Source: Chiloscyllium plagiosum
Lineage: Eukaryota
Length of the DNA stretch: 64,000 nucleotides
Assembly (NCBI RefSeq): GCF_004010195.1
Contig: NC_057728.1
Location: 45,231,419 to 45,295,418, forward strand
Direction of reading: 5' to 3'
Within the stretch, counting starts at the first letter, position 1, and each line of letters starts with the position of its first letter. A model generated the notes under the pieces. The model was given only the letters and a program-made list of their open reading frames with translations. It did not search any database and had not been told where the DNA came from. This document shows, one piece after another, positions 24,801 to 39,800 of the stretch. Position numbers and translations under genes: made by a program.

Positions 24801-27800
24801 TTAGGTGTTGAGATATGAGTGTAAATTCTCTGAGTTTAAGTCTTTTTAAAGGATACTGTCAGGAAACTGGCTCAAATTACTTTTCTGTGTGATTTTCCTG
24901 TTGCCAACTGCCTTCTATACTGAGATAGCTTGTTTTCTTTTTTATAATAAGCATATTCTGTTGGTAACGAAAATCCACAGCCTTGTGTGAAAATGTTTCA
25001 GTGACTAAACATTCATATTAACTTACCAAACAGAAAAAAAAAGTGATCTTTCAAGCAGGGTTTCAATCAGAACTTACTTGTTCCCTAGAATCATCAGCTG
25101 GGATCACAACAATGTTCATTTCAACTTGGGCTTCCTCACCCTGTGTCTGACTGTTCAGTGAGGAGCTTGTGGAGACTTCAAGTAGATTCTGTGGAAATTT
25201 CAACAGTCACTTGACCTTTCAGTAGCTGTCTTAGCCATTTGTTAATGCCCACTTTTTCAAAGAAAAAGGCAGTTCCAGAATGTCAGCTGCAAAGACAGTC
25301 TATGTTTAAGTTTTAAATGGGACATGTGTTTACTCAGCATGACAGTGGAGATTTTGTTTATTTAATTTTCTACTAAATCATTGAACATGCTTTAAGAAAG
25401 ATTCTTTTGTGATCACATGAGAAATTGTGAAACATTAGATGGATTTCTAATAAGGATATGCTAAATGTAAAGCTGCACAACCTTATTTAGGTAGATTATT
25501 GTATTATATGTTTTGTTCAGCAACAGCAGATTCAACTGGAAAAGAAAATCGGAGAAGACCAAGAACATTGGGAACAAAAGTTGAAGGAACATGAGGTGGG
25601 AGATCAAAGTCATGCTTTTGTGAATTTGTTTTTTTCCTCAGTTCTTTTAATTGCATTTTTTTGTTCATTTTGTGATTTCAATTTGAATACAATAAATAAT
25701 CGTAAGCTATATGTTTTGTTTTAATTCCAAAATTCTGTTGTTATTAACTCACGACAAAATTCACAAAAATCCACACTTGGCATCATAATTTTGAACCTTA
25801 TATCTTCAGTTACTGCCTTCTACCTCCACTGCAGCTACAGTAGGTAAAGGCAATGTAGCAAATCAGTTACAGCTGCACTTCCAAATCCAACCTCTCAAGC
25901 CTTTTGTCCACTATTCACCAGAATACCTCTGTGGCTGGTCATTTGGAACCAAAATGCTTTTGGATGAAGAAATGTGTTTGCGATCAATGTTAAGGGAAAG
26001 TTTTACCAAAGTTAATTAAAAGACAATCAATTAATTAAATTGTAATTATATTAATTTGCATAATTTTGGTTTTACCAAAACTTGTATGTTGATCATTTTA
26101 GAGTTAGGTTTATTTATTATTACATGGTGATATTGCCATAGCACTGCTCTCATTGGAGAGCGATGACTGATGTGTTTAACCTGAGGGTTGGGGGAGAGGT
26201 TGAGGAGGAGAATCCTTCATGGAAACCTCAACTGGTGTGGGAGTTGAACCCACAGTGTTGGTGTCACTTTGCATTGTCAACCAGCCATCCAGGCAACCAA
26301 GCTAACCGATGAAACCTTGATATTGCATTGGAGCTTTTCATTGTAACTTCAGATAAAATCGGAAACCATTTTTATGTTTTCAATTCTGAGTAAAATGATA
26401 TTTGGGCATAAAGTAATCTGAGCTTGTTTTAAATTTTTAGGCATTAATACAAGCAATGCAAATTAAGATGGATGAAGAACGAAGGATCTTTGAAGAACAG
26501 CAACACAAAGAGAGAATACGAGTGGAAGAGGTGCAAAACAGAGCATCAGCAATAATTCAGGCAAGGTTTCGGGCGTATTTAGTGAGGAAAAGGTATGCAC
26601 CAATACTGAGGGAAAGGCAGGATGAAAGGAAGAGAAAAAAAGACCTGGAGTTAAGGATGGCAGAAGAGAAAAAAGCATTTGAAGAAAACATCAAAAGAAA
26701 ATTAGAACAAAAACAGAAAGAAGAGGAGAAAGAGGGAAAGAGGTGGAAAGAAGTTGAACAATTGCAAAGAGAAGAACAGAAACGAAGACAGATTGAATAT
26801 GAGAAGAAAAAGGAACAGGAACGACAAAGATTAGAAAAGGAGAGACAACAAAAGCTGGAGAAACTCCAAAATTTGAGAGAAGATGAAAAAAGAAAAGAGT
26901 TACAGAGAAGGAGAAACGAAGAAAAGCAAAAGGAAATAGAACATAAAAAGGAAGAGGAAAACAAGTTGCTAGAAAAAGAAAATAAAAAAGTGGCCTTAAG
27001 CCAAAGAGAAGACAAAGAAATTGAGAAGGAACATAAACCACAGCTAGTTGAAGAGAGAGATTTTTACTCCAGCATTAATAAGGAGGCTAAACATGATGAT
27101 AACAATTCAGAGACTGCAAGTATTCCTCTGATTCAAAGTATAGGATTCTTTCAGAATATAGAGGAAAATAGTACTCTTGCAAATGACAGTCAAGATGTGA
27201 GCCAATGTATAGTTGCAATGGCTACAGATACAAACCTCAAAGTAAAGCTTCTAGCTGAAGAAACAGTGGAGAAAACAGCAGAGAATACACTTGCAATAGA
27301 ATGCAATATCCCCCCAATACCCAAAAACCGTATCTTTCTGCAAAAAAGCAGAGTATTTGCAGTTAGTGATAAGGACCCTGGCAGACTGTCAGGTGAAGGA
27401 ATATCTATATTAAATACAAGTAGTGTTGACTTACATAAGGAAGATCTGATTGACGCTTCCAAAGTAACTTCAAGTATGGATCATGATTTTGAGGAGCATT
27501 TGTCAGTATCAGAGCTCACCCTACCTGATCATGTTGAGCAAAAGAGACTAAGTTGGATGAAAATATGTACACCTTGGTCCAAAATTAGCAGAGAAAACAA
27601 GTTGAAGAAAGTGAAACAACATATCAGACTTCAGACTATTCCTGTCAACCGACTACCTCCTCTGAGTCCTGGAGTTATTCTACAGTCAGGGGTTTGGAAT
27701 TCACTTCAGCAGGTACAATTTATATTTTATAACTCGTGAACCTTAACAGTATTTTAATGAGTTATTTTAGTAGGGCATTTTTTGTTCACGTATTTGTTTT

Positions 27801-30800
27801 GAAAATGTACTTTACTTTCACACCCCTTTTGAATAAACCTGGTGACAAGCTTGCTGCAGGACAGTCAACTGTTAATGTTTGTGAGAGTGATTCCTTACTG
27901 CTTTTTAATGTTGAAAATGTGTTGCTGGAAAAGCGCAGCAGGTCAGGCAGCATCCAGGGAACAGGAGAATCGACGTTTCGGGCATAAGCCCTTCTTCAGG
28001 AATGCTTTTTAATGTTCCCTTTCATTTCATAATCAGCATCTGAAAAAGAGACAGCCTTCAGACCAGAAACCCATTTGTGGTATATTGATGGTGTGAATTT
28101 GTGTTGTGCTACTCCATTCTCATCCACATTCTGCCATAGTTCATGTTGTGTCACTAGTTTCCTCCAGTGGCTTCTAATCAAAGGTGACCACTGGGACTCT
28201 TTCAAGAGTGAGGAAAAACATAGCTTTTGTAATCCGGGATTATGATCAGATTCCACTAGAAAAAGGACAAATTTCATACCTTATGGTTCTCGCTAATATT
28301 TCATCCGATATTATTTCCTGCTTGTTGGGTATATGGTGACAGTGCTGAAAATGTGTTGCTGGAAAAGCGCAGCAGGTCAGGCAGCATCCAAGGCGCAGGA
28401 GAATCGACGTTTCGGGCATGAGCCCTTCTTTAGGAATCTGGTGACAGTGAGTATTTGGTACTTCACCTGGGTGCCCACTACTTATTTGCAAGTTTTCAGC
28501 AGGATTTTTAAATGGAAAATATCATAACTAATCCTGATTTTCACCTATCCATACAACAATGCATGAAGTTACGGCAAGGATTCCCACATCCTTATTAAAA
28601 GCATAAGCATGTGTTGACTTTCCCTTCTTGAAACAGGGCTCCTGAGGCAAATTGTTGTACCCTTATTGTCATTTTGACTGAAATCAACACACTTGAGTGT
28701 GGATTACATTGAAGCCTTCTTTGTCCTAATTGTGCTGTACAGAGTCACTGGGGAATCTTTGATTCTGCATGCTTAAACATCTGGATTAGCAAATGGAACT
28801 CTGAACTAAATAATTCAGTTCAGTAACACAGGACTATCATGAGATTTAAATACAAACCTGCAGGCATTTGTCATCTCCCCATTATGGGTAATTTTGCACC
28901 AATTTAAAACTTAACACCAGGATTGTTCACTTCAACGATTTATACAAAACATATGGATAGAGTCCCTTTATTCTGCATTTCATTTATTTGCCAATGAAAA
29001 GTCTACAGCTAACTTAGCTCAATAAAAAAATGTAAATTCCTTTGTGTGTTTTATACCAATTGTAGTTGTCCTTAAGTGGTAAACATTTGGAAAACCTATT
29101 CTGGAGCTTATTCTTTTTAATCAGTGAAAAAGCCTAGGGCGATTGAGAATGTTTACAGCTGGCTCTGGATATTACTACCCCCATTCCCTTGTGTAACAGT
29201 TATGGCATTGCTGAAATAAACAGACATCAAAGAATGTAACTACAGATTTATTAAAATGTGGGAGAGCGTTTTTGTCAAAAGACAGTTTAACTCTGCAGAG
29301 AATTTTGATCAATTCTTTAGATAGTGTTTGTTGAAATCTCAAGGATTTCCCATGTCAGTGTTTTAAAATATGTGATGTAATTCCCTATAGTTATTCCCAC
29401 AGCATCACTAAAGCGATCCAAAAGAAATGTGCTAGACGTTTGTGTTAAGTAAATATTTCATTGGCGACCATATTTAAATAGGTTCATTTATTCAATACAG
29501 CAGGATATTTTGAAAATGAGTATTTAATCTTATTATGCAATACTGATGTGAAAGTGGTTCACTATCAAGCCATGGTGTTGACTGCAGAAATAAAAAAAAG
29601 TCCTGCTTCACTTAGACCATTTTATTTTGTGCTAGTAAACAAAATATGATGAGTGAAATTGGCATTTGCCAGGAAAGTGGTACAAACGCATGGTCAAATG
29701 GCAGCCTATTTGTACCCATGCCTAGTTTTATTGCTCGTTGAAGTTAAAATCAAGCATGGGTTGCCTGATTTGTCCAATTGACATAGATTGACTACATATT
29801 GTATGTTATATGTTACCTTTACCCTTTGAGTATTTTAAGTTTTGGGAATAGGTGGCATGAAATTAGTGAAGATACTGATAGTATAGAATTTGAGTATTAC
29901 TGAAAAAAGAGACAAGCTCTTGAAGTATCTCTACATGCACTCATCAGGACAGAGGCAAGAATATTATATCTCAAAGGGAAGAACAATTATATTTGCCAGT
30001 GAATGTAGGCTTGCAGCAGGCAATACTGGAGAATTCATTAACAGATTTCGCAACTTGTTCCTCAAGGAAAGGGAATGCTCCATTTTGAAAGTGAACTTGA
30101 GTGCTGGGTGTTTTTTAGTGGAAGCATCATGAGTTAGGCTCACAGAAGCAGCTAAAAAGGCTGAACCTTTGGAAGAGGAAACTTCAGTATGATCTGATGT
30201 TAGGAGATATTTATTTTGTTTTAGTGAAGGCTAAATTTCTGCTCAATGATTTGGAAAGGGAAAGTCTTGTTTTCTCTTCAGTTGGTGCAGGGGAGGTTTT
30301 CTCCCTTTTGGGGGAGAAGGCTGAGTTTACCCTCTGTGATGGGGTGAAAGCCAATAGTGGGTGTGTGGAGGAGTCATTTCCCAGAGAAGATATGATGGAA
30401 ATGGAATTGGAAAAACGCTTTATTCTCAGTTGGCTGAGAAGGCTAGATCTATCTTCAATGAGGTTGACTTTCGGCTGAGATCAGGGTTTGCCATGCAGTT
30501 TTCACTCCAGGGACAGAAGTGTGGGTAATGGAGGATTCATTTATGCTTTTGGTGCAGTGCAGTCCAATGTGACCTGATTTAAGCTCAGAGAGGCAGTGTT
30601 TTGTTCACAAATTCTGTTCATTGATGAAGTGGGGAGGTTGCTCATTTCTAGTAGGTAACGGAAAGGTTACCTTGATAATACTGTTTGTATGTGCTCACAC
30701 AAATTTATAGGGTACCTTTCAGTCACCACAAATTGACCTGGTAGGGAAACTACATTTATGTCCTTTTAAATATTGAGTAACATTGCAAAATCCAATGAAA

Positions 30801-33800
30801 GTTTTCATAATCAAAACCTTCAGGGTAACATCTTAGAAATGCCACAGATTGGATCTTATAGGTATTCAAAAGGTATGATGATTCAATTAAATTCTGAGAA
30901 TCGTGCTAGTTCTCTGACTTATTTTGGTTTGACATTTCCTGTCCATGTACCAGGTTTACCACCAGCTTTGAATTTGATTTCATAAACAGTTGAAATAATT
31001 TATTCGGATCTGAAAAGTAAGATTTCGTTTTGGAAATCATCATTAAATCTGAAAGTTTAAGTCTCCTGGGGATCCAGACTTAAGTGTGGAAACCAACCCA
31101 AGTTGCAAACGTACTGACAAATTCATTTTCTTCCATCATGTCTCTTACAAAATTTAGGAATGTGATTTGAGTGATTCCCTGTGTACTAAAGCTTATTTAT
31201 TGAACACAGGTTAGAACAGTCACTCTTCAAGATTTACCTGGTTTCAGCCTATCCACATTTTCACAATGCCTCCTTCTCCAGTCACTAACACTTCAAAATT
31301 GTGGAATAGAGACATTGGAGGGTATCAATAATTGCAAAGGATTAAAGTACATCGATGTGCAGGTAAAAAGAAAGTTTGCTTTTGAATAGTTATTCTCTAA
31401 TTGTATGTTGTCCTAGGTCCTATTGCCCACATCTATTGAAGTATTTCCTGTTACACCTGATAGTATTGTTCACACCTATGTCGCACCTTCAAGTGGTTTA
31501 AATATTACATTGATAAAGCAGCAGTAAATCATAATTAAACAATATTTTAAAGATAAGTGTTTATTCTTTGCTTGTGTCCATTAACCTTGACAACATATTT
31601 GCTTCTAGGTATTTGAAAGTAAATACGAAGTTATTGCATGAGCAAACCCATGGACCAGGGAGCCTTGGGAAGAAATTAATTAGTACTTCCATTTTTTTTC
31701 ACAAAGAAGTGTCCCTCAGCAACTGCCGTGTAATTTACCTGAGGAAATGCCCATTTGGAAAACATTCCTTCAGAGTGTACCCATTAGCCTTAAAGGAACA
31801 GGTTATCCTGAGCATAATTCTAGCTTGGCAATAACTTTCTCCAAGGTAGTCCATTAAATATTAGGAAAGGCATGAAATGGAAACTGTCTCCTTGTTGTAT
31901 AATAAATTGGTGCAGATCTCCTAGTTTCTGGATAGTTGGAAACTAGACATTCCCTGGAAAATGTGCTTACGGGCAAAGTGAAAGTCCTGATGCACTGACT
32001 GGGAATTGTCAGGATGTTTAAGACTTTGATTGGCAATTACCTGGTATCTGGAGCCACTCCACTCTCTCCTCCAGCTTCTACTATGGAACCAAAGTGACAA
32101 CAACTAATCCCTCCCTCCCTCCCCTACTGGTGCAGACCTTTCCTTGTCTATTACTGGACCTGACTTCATCCTACCACATCCCTCACCACCCTGGTACCTG
32201 GATGCCTCATCCACCTGCCATCAGTCCTACCCAAATGCCACCAGTACTTCCCACCTCCCTGCCATTTGTACTCCTCTGCCGCTTACTTCACCTCTCACTT
32301 GCCTTCTCTCAACAGTTGTCAAAATACCTTCAGGGTCTTTATATCCTGTTAAACAGCAGCTAGTGTTGAGAAAGGGGTGGGATTTCAATCCGAATCCATT
32401 TTGCTGCTGGCTGAATGGAATCTTGGCCTGGACTAGACTTCAGGTTGGAAAGCCCTTGGTCTGGAAATTTGAACAGTGAACTCCTCCAGAGATCAGTGTG
32501 TATTTCTTTGTCTGGTCTGAATTGGAAATAGGGTTTCAGAATATCCGGGTCAACGTGCTTAAAATTAAATATTTCTAAAACAGTTTACCCTTTGTAAGCA
32601 ATACAACTGCTATTTCATAATCAAATTTGGTACCGTAATTGTAATTTCAAATACAATACCTCCAAATCGTAATCATAAATATGGCATTTTCACTGTAGTA
32701 ATCTGCTCCAACTGGCTACATGGGAGCGTTTTCAGTGGGTCGTATTCTTAGCCCTCACTGTAATGAGAAGATGTTGACTGAAAGCCAGCAGACACTCAAA
32801 AAGAAGTGGGGCAATGGAAGTCGGAAGGGAGCATTCACTACTGTAATTATTCAGCACTTTGCTTCCAGGTGAGACTAATGAAGCTGTGGCTCGAGTGCAG
32901 GCATTAGGTTAATACATGCAAGACAATTTAGCTTTTCTTTTCAGAGCTGCTGTACCAAAACCTCCTAACGTAATTTAGATTCAAAATATTTGGCTACCAG
33001 AATGTCAAACTTTCTTTGGCAGCCCATACCTGTTAAACATATGCTGTTAATATCAGCTCTTGCCAATTTCTTTCTTTAAATAATTAGTGCACTTGTTGAA
33101 TGCCAAGATCTCCACATGTAAAAGCCATGAGTTTGTCAGTGCAGTTTGTTATGATAATGGTGTCAGGCCTCACTGGGGCAGTGCTGGCAGTTCAGCCCTG
33201 GAGTTGTAACAAAACTTAAAAATATTACCAAAGTTCCCATTTACCTGTTACACAGATCCAATTTTTTTCAATCTAAGTCCACAATTAGAAAAAGTGAAAA
33301 ATAAAAAGACACAGCCTTCATAACAGTAGGCACACGCTAGTGATATTTTACTTCTATTAACCGATTTGAATATCTGAGACCTTCATGGACTAAAGAGTTT
33401 TAAAACATAAAGGACAAATACTAATCTAAATTGGTTGCTGTGACTTGATCACAGATTGAGGCAAGCTTCGTGAGACCAGTGTAAGATTTTCAAAATCTGT
33501 CTGCACGAAAATTACAGTTTCATTCAAAGACAATGAAATCAGACAAACAAGGCAAGACATTTGCAGCTCTTGTTTAATCACATTTGTATGACCAGTTCAT
33601 ATGGGAGATGAAAAGTTACTTCTGGACTGTTCAGTTTGGAAGAAAAATGGAGCAGACTCCAGAATACAAATTGAGATATCAACAACTGCTTTAAGCATCA
33701 AAGCAAAGAGCAAAAAAAATGAATTGATAACTACAAAAATCTGGAAGCTTTTCTTTCCTTGTCTCTTTCAACCTTAAATTCAGTATCCAGTGAAAATGTA

Positions 33801-36800
33801 ACTTTGGACATCAACCATTCACTGAGAACATAAAATCTATAACTTCACCATGCTGCTCTAAATTTTTAAACAACTTAGCCCCAGGTTTAAAGTCTTACAC
33901 CTCAAGGCATCTTGAAAACTTTAAATGGCAATTCCTGCCTTTACTGTATGACTTCCTCTCCGTTAGCTTTAAACTTGTTACCTATGCTTGTGTGTCTTTG
34001 GTGGTACATTTTTGGGTTTTTTTTCAGGGTAAGGTAGGTGGTAAAATTATTTTTTCGAGGAGAAAGTGAGGACTGCAGATGCTGGAGATCAGAACTGAAA
34101 ATGTGTTGCTGGAAAAGCGCAGCAGGTCAGGCAGCATCCAAGGAATAGGAGAATCGACGTTTTGGGCATAAGCCCTTCTTCAGGAATGAGGAAAGTGTGT
34201 CCAGCAGGCTAAGATAAAAGGTAGGGAGCAGGGACTTGGGGGAGGGGTGTTGGAAATGCGATAGGTGGAAGGAGGTCAAGGTGAGGGTGACACAACACCA
34301 GGTTATAGTCCAACAGGTTTAATTGGAAGCACACCTGCTTTCGGAGCGACGCTCCTTCATCAGGCAATTTGTAGTAACCTGCAGTGCAGGTAAAGCGCAC
34401 AATTTTGCAGGAATGACAAACATTCCAAAAGGTACTTTCCTCACGTCTCCACTTACAAGGGACAGAAATGAATAAGCTACAGAGCTGCTTTGTGAAGTGT
34501 CTTTTGTCAGTTGTCCCTTGCTCAGTTTCCCTCCTCCCTTTTATCTTAGCCTGCTGGACACACTTTCCTCATTCCTGGAGAAGGGCTTATGCCCGAAACG
34601 TCGATTCTCCTATTCCTTGGATGCTGCCTGACCTGCTGTGCTTTTCCAGCAACACATTTTCAGCAAAATACTTTTTTCCTCAATTGAAGAAATTCTTCTG
34701 CTATTTTTCCTGCTACTGATATCAGGCTAATGGATCTGTAGTTCCCTGTTTTCTCTCTTTTTTTTTTAGTAACGTTACATTTTGCAATTTCCCTATCTCT
34801 AGCACTGTTGCAGATTAGAATTTTGAAAGAACATCACCAAAATGATATTGCTCTAACCATCTCTTTCAACTCTCTTGGGTGAAGATTGTTGAATTCCATT
34901 TCAGTCCCATTAATGTCTCCTTTTGTACGAATAATATCTTTCAGTTTCATACACTCTAACTAGATACTTAAATTTGCATTATTTCAGGGTTACTTCTTGT
35001 ATCTTCCTCTGCGAAGACTGACACAAAAGTTCCTTCTCTATTTCCTCATATAAGTTCTTCTGTCTGTACCTGTAAGGGACATTTGTCTTTGTTAATCTTT
35101 TCCTTGTTACATACCCATAACAATTTACAATCTATTTTTATGTTTCTTGCTGTTACATTCAAAATTTATCCTTTTTTAGAAAATCAATCTCTCAGTTTCT
35201 TTTGCTGAATTCTAAAATATTTCTAATCGTCTGTCAATTTTATAAGCCTTCTCCCTTGATCTCATACTATTTTTAACTTCCCTTCTAAGTGTGGCTTCCT
35301 TGTTTTTAACTGTTGGGTATTTTTTCCTTATCGGAATATATTTTTTTTACAAAAACAAGGATTAATTTTTAAAATATTAGCCCTTATTTATCTACCGTGA
35401 AATGTATTTTTTTCAATCTAACACTGTCGACTTCCTCTTTGCAACATCACAAATGCCCTTGCTTGGATTTAAGACACCAGTTTCCGATTTAGCCATTTTT
35501 TTTCAAAGATAATAAATTCTATCATACCAAGGTCATTATTCCCTAAAAGTTCTTTTATAACACTAATTTAATTATTCCTTTGTTGTTGCATGATACTACA
35601 TCTAAAATACTCTGTTTGTTCCTCGACATATTGCTCCAGAAAACTGTTACAACCAAATTCCAAAAGTTCTTCCTCCACAGCATTGATGCTCATTAGATTT
35701 ACATTGTCTAAATTAGATTGAAGTCACTCTTGCTATATTCACCAATATTTTGCTAATTTATACTGTGCCCTACATTCCCACTACTGTTGAAAGTCTGTAA
35801 CCATTCCTTTTGATGTTTTCTGCCCCTTGCTGTTTCTTAGCTCCATCAAACTGATTCAAGACCCTGTTTTTCTGATCTGAGATCCTCTTCATAAATACAT
35901 TAATCCCTTCTGTTATTATTAGCACTACCCCACATCCTTTTCTTTTACGTCTATCCCATCTGAATGCTGAATATGTTTCAATATTCAGTCTTGGTCATCA
36001 TGTCTCCATGTCTCTGTAATGGCAATTAAATCAGACCTTTTGGCTTTTAACACCATCATTTGACCATCTTGTTGTGAATATTGCATACATTCAGATTGAA
36101 TGCTTTTAATTTTGCTTTTTTCACACCATTCTACAACTTTACCCTGGTTGATTCTAAGATGTGTTTCTGCTGTTTTATACATTATGTATATCTTCGCTAC
36201 TTCCCATAAAATCAGCTTTGTTTTTTGTTCTATATGAATTCTCTGGGGATTCTATTCCCCTGACAAACTAACTTAAATTCTCCCAACAGCAGCAACAAAT
36301 CTCCCACCAGGATATTAGTGTCAGTCCTGCTAAGGAGCAACCCATCCTTCTTGAACTAGTGCCAGTCTTCCCTCCAGCACCATTTTTTCCAGACCTGTGA
36401 TCATTCTATCAACCTTACTATTTCCATATTCACTAGCAGATGGGAGCAATCCTGAGATGAGGGTCTAGAGGGCTCCCTTCTCAGTCTCTTGCCTAGTTTG
36501 CTAAATTATACTTCAGAATCCCACCCTCCTTTCACATGGTAATGAACTCTGGTTCTTCAGCCTCCCCAAAAGAATGTTCTTAAGTTGCGCTGTGTGACAT
36601 TCTTGATCCAGGCGCCAGGGAAACACATACCATCCTGGACTTATGTTCACAGCCACTGAAATACCTTTATATACTCCTAACTGTTGAATTACTGACCACT
36701 ATTGCTCTTCTACCCTTCTCTCCCACACTCTGTATAGCTGAGCCATTACAGTGCCACACCTACGTTCCTCTGGATTGCTCTAATGAACCATTGCCCTCAC

Positions 36801-39800
36801 CAGTATCCAACATTGAAAACCAGTTAATGAGTGATATGTCTCTGTGCACTATTTGTCTGGTCTTCACTATTTGTCTGGTTTTCTAGATTCCCTAGCAATC
36901 ATCCATTCCCTATCTGTGTGCCTGATCTTTCCCATTCCCTCTCTGTATGTCTGATCTTAATCTGTGGTGTGAATGCATTCCTAAAAATGCTACCCACATG
37001 TTTCAGTTTCACTGATAGACGACAGTGACTTTATAACATGGAACTCAGGTTTTTGCAGCTGATGACACATCCAGAGATTACATGTTTTGATTGTCTAGGC
37101 TGCATGAAATGTCCATGACTTCCCACGTGGAACAAGATGGCCATTCCATGGAGCTGAGCTGTCCTGCTATGCTATAAACCTGCTCTTGGACTAACTACTT
37201 TAAACTGGAGGGAAGAAACCAAAATAAAAAACAAAATCTTTCCAAGCAGCACCAAAGAATGTAGCTCTGTTGCTGATTGCCTGTTTTGGGATTCATTTCT
37301 CTCCTCTACTAGGTGATGTTGAATCCCTGTCTTGGGGTCTTTGTCTCACTTTAGCTGTTCATAATCCTTCTCTCCCCTGCTTGACCATGTCTTGCTTACT
37401 GCCTGTCACAGTGTCTTCTTGCGCCTGCTCCACTAGTTTTGTTGGCTTCCTTCTCTTGTCTGCTGCTGACTGCCTTTCTCAGTGTTTCCTCACACCTGCT
37501 CCTTTGGTATTGATGAGCACACCTTTTCAGCCACCTGGAAGGACTGAAGCTTTTGTTTTTGGTTTTTGTCCCTTGTTCCTTAGCTAGCAATACTGTTTGC
37601 GACTTGAACGTCTAAACTGAAACTGACTTGAGCTTCGGATTGCGATCATTACCTACTTCCACTTGAGTCTAACTCTATCCCTGCCTCAGCCCATACTGAA
37701 GTCCTCATCAATGCCTAAGTCTCTGAATTTCATTAATCAAATATATTCCAGGCCAACTTCCCTCCTTCTCTCCATAAATTTAAGCTTATTGATAGCTCTG
37801 CTCTCTAAATTCTAACTTGCATCAATTCTCATCCACATATTACCTCTGTGCTTGCTGGCTTACAGCAGCTCCAAGTCTGATCCATTTTCAAATCCCTGTC
37901 TGGCCTTGCACTTTCTTATCCCTCAACACTCTGACATTGTTATCCTCCTCTGATTCTGGCATGTTGAGCATTTCCAATTTTAATTGATCCTCCATTGGCC
38001 TCTGTGCCAATGCCTTACGTTTTGGAATTCCTTTCTTAAACCACTTGAAATCTATCCCATTGACTATCCATATGGTCATCAGCTTTACTAGCTCCTTACG
38101 TGGCTCGGTATTGTTTTATATTGCAGGTGCAATATAAATACAAATATTTTCCTGTGACTGCCCTACTGCTGGTAAATATTAAAATGCATTCCATTATGGA
38201 ACTTAATTAATGTTTCAAATGAACACTTTTGAAAAATAAATGTAAGTCTAAAAATGTGTGGGAGGGAGATACTAAGTATTGATACAATTGATAAGATGCG
38301 AAAGATAACCATAGCAGATTGTTCAATATTAGAGAGAAAAATTGTACGTATATACTGATTCCATTTTGAAAGTAAGGACACCACTAAAATAATATTGTTG
38401 ATGCCTATCTCTAAGGTGTCTGCAGTGCATTGGTTTTAATTTATTCAACAATCCCCTTGCCAAACTAAAGACCAGAACCATAGAGCACTGGTTCTTTCTA
38501 AAGACTAATGAAATGAGAATTGATCATAGTCTAGAATAACCAACATAGTAACAGTTCTGATTTGTTCACTCACAAAAATGATCAGTTTATTTTACCAATA
38601 AAAAACTGGTATTGGTAATGTGACAATATCCTACAATGTCCAACTATAATAAAAATTCTAAGTTGATAAATATTAAATGTTTTTACTTTTTCACTTAGGA
38701 GAATAAGATCAAGCATATTCACTGCCTTGAGTTAGAAAATCTGTGTATTCTTCTGCTCAGTCACAATCAGATAACCTCTATACATGGTCTGGAGAACTGC
38801 AGCAACCTCCAAGTCCTTGAGTTATCACACAATAATATCACTCGGATAGGTGAGCATTTTATGGTTGTTATTTCTCTGCTTGTACCTGCGGTGTGCTCTC
38901 ATTTGATTTTTGAAGCTCTCACAAAAGAATACACATGGACCAAATGTATGTAATGCAATCTAGTCCTCTAACACACAAGTTGCTGAGTATCCTTACTCTT
39001 TCCAAGTATCACCCCTGCACAGGGAACCAGTTTTGAACTGTTTTCTAAATAAAATAAATTACCATGTTTACTTAGAATATTATGTGAAATTAATATGAAC
39101 TTTAAAAGCCAGTACAGATTATTTTCTTTTCTGCTAATACCTATCAATCTTTCTCTCAAATCTAAAAATACCGGATTTCATTATCTGCATTATATTGTCT
39201 GTGAGCAGGGTATTAGAAGAGGTAAGTACTATGATCAAACCTACATCAGTTATGCTATGGTGACATTTTCAGTGATTATGCACTTAATGGATTTGTTGAT
39301 CATCATTTTATTCACTGTCTCTTTTTCCTAGTATTTTATTCCACCATTTATTTGCATATAAATAAGCACAAAGAACTCGGAATACTTGAATATGAATATT
39401 GTGTGTTCTTTTTCTGCAAACTTATTCAGGTAGAAAGTAGAGTAGTGTAGTCTTAGATGTAAGTATATGCATACCCCTAAAAATTCTGAGTTCCATTGTG
39501 AGTTGTACTGGTGGAATAGAATTCCATTACTACTTCCATTCCTCTTAAGTTAATGTTGTACACAAAGGCAAAAGCCGGCAAGTAAAAATCAATAGAGAAC
39601 ATGAATTGTTTGGAATGTTTGGTAGCCCTCAGAATTTCACTGTTTAGGTTACATGTGTTTGTTACACTGATTTTTGTTTTTAAATTCATGATTTTCTAGG
39701 TGGTCTGGAATCTTTCAAAAAGCTTCAGAGGCTTGTTGTGGATCATAATGAATTAATAAGTACCAAAGGTTTAAGTGAAACTCCTACCCTGCTCTACCTT

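Noticed and set aside
24380..25111. Possible old LTR ending ctgggatcacaaca (similar end at 58854, ggggattgtaaca)
   Set aside because: No matching 5' terminus or TSD could be identified by eye.
26463..27462. Minus-strand Phe/Ser/Leu-rich ORFs
   Set aside because: Antisense shadows of the purine-rich LRRIQ1 exon.
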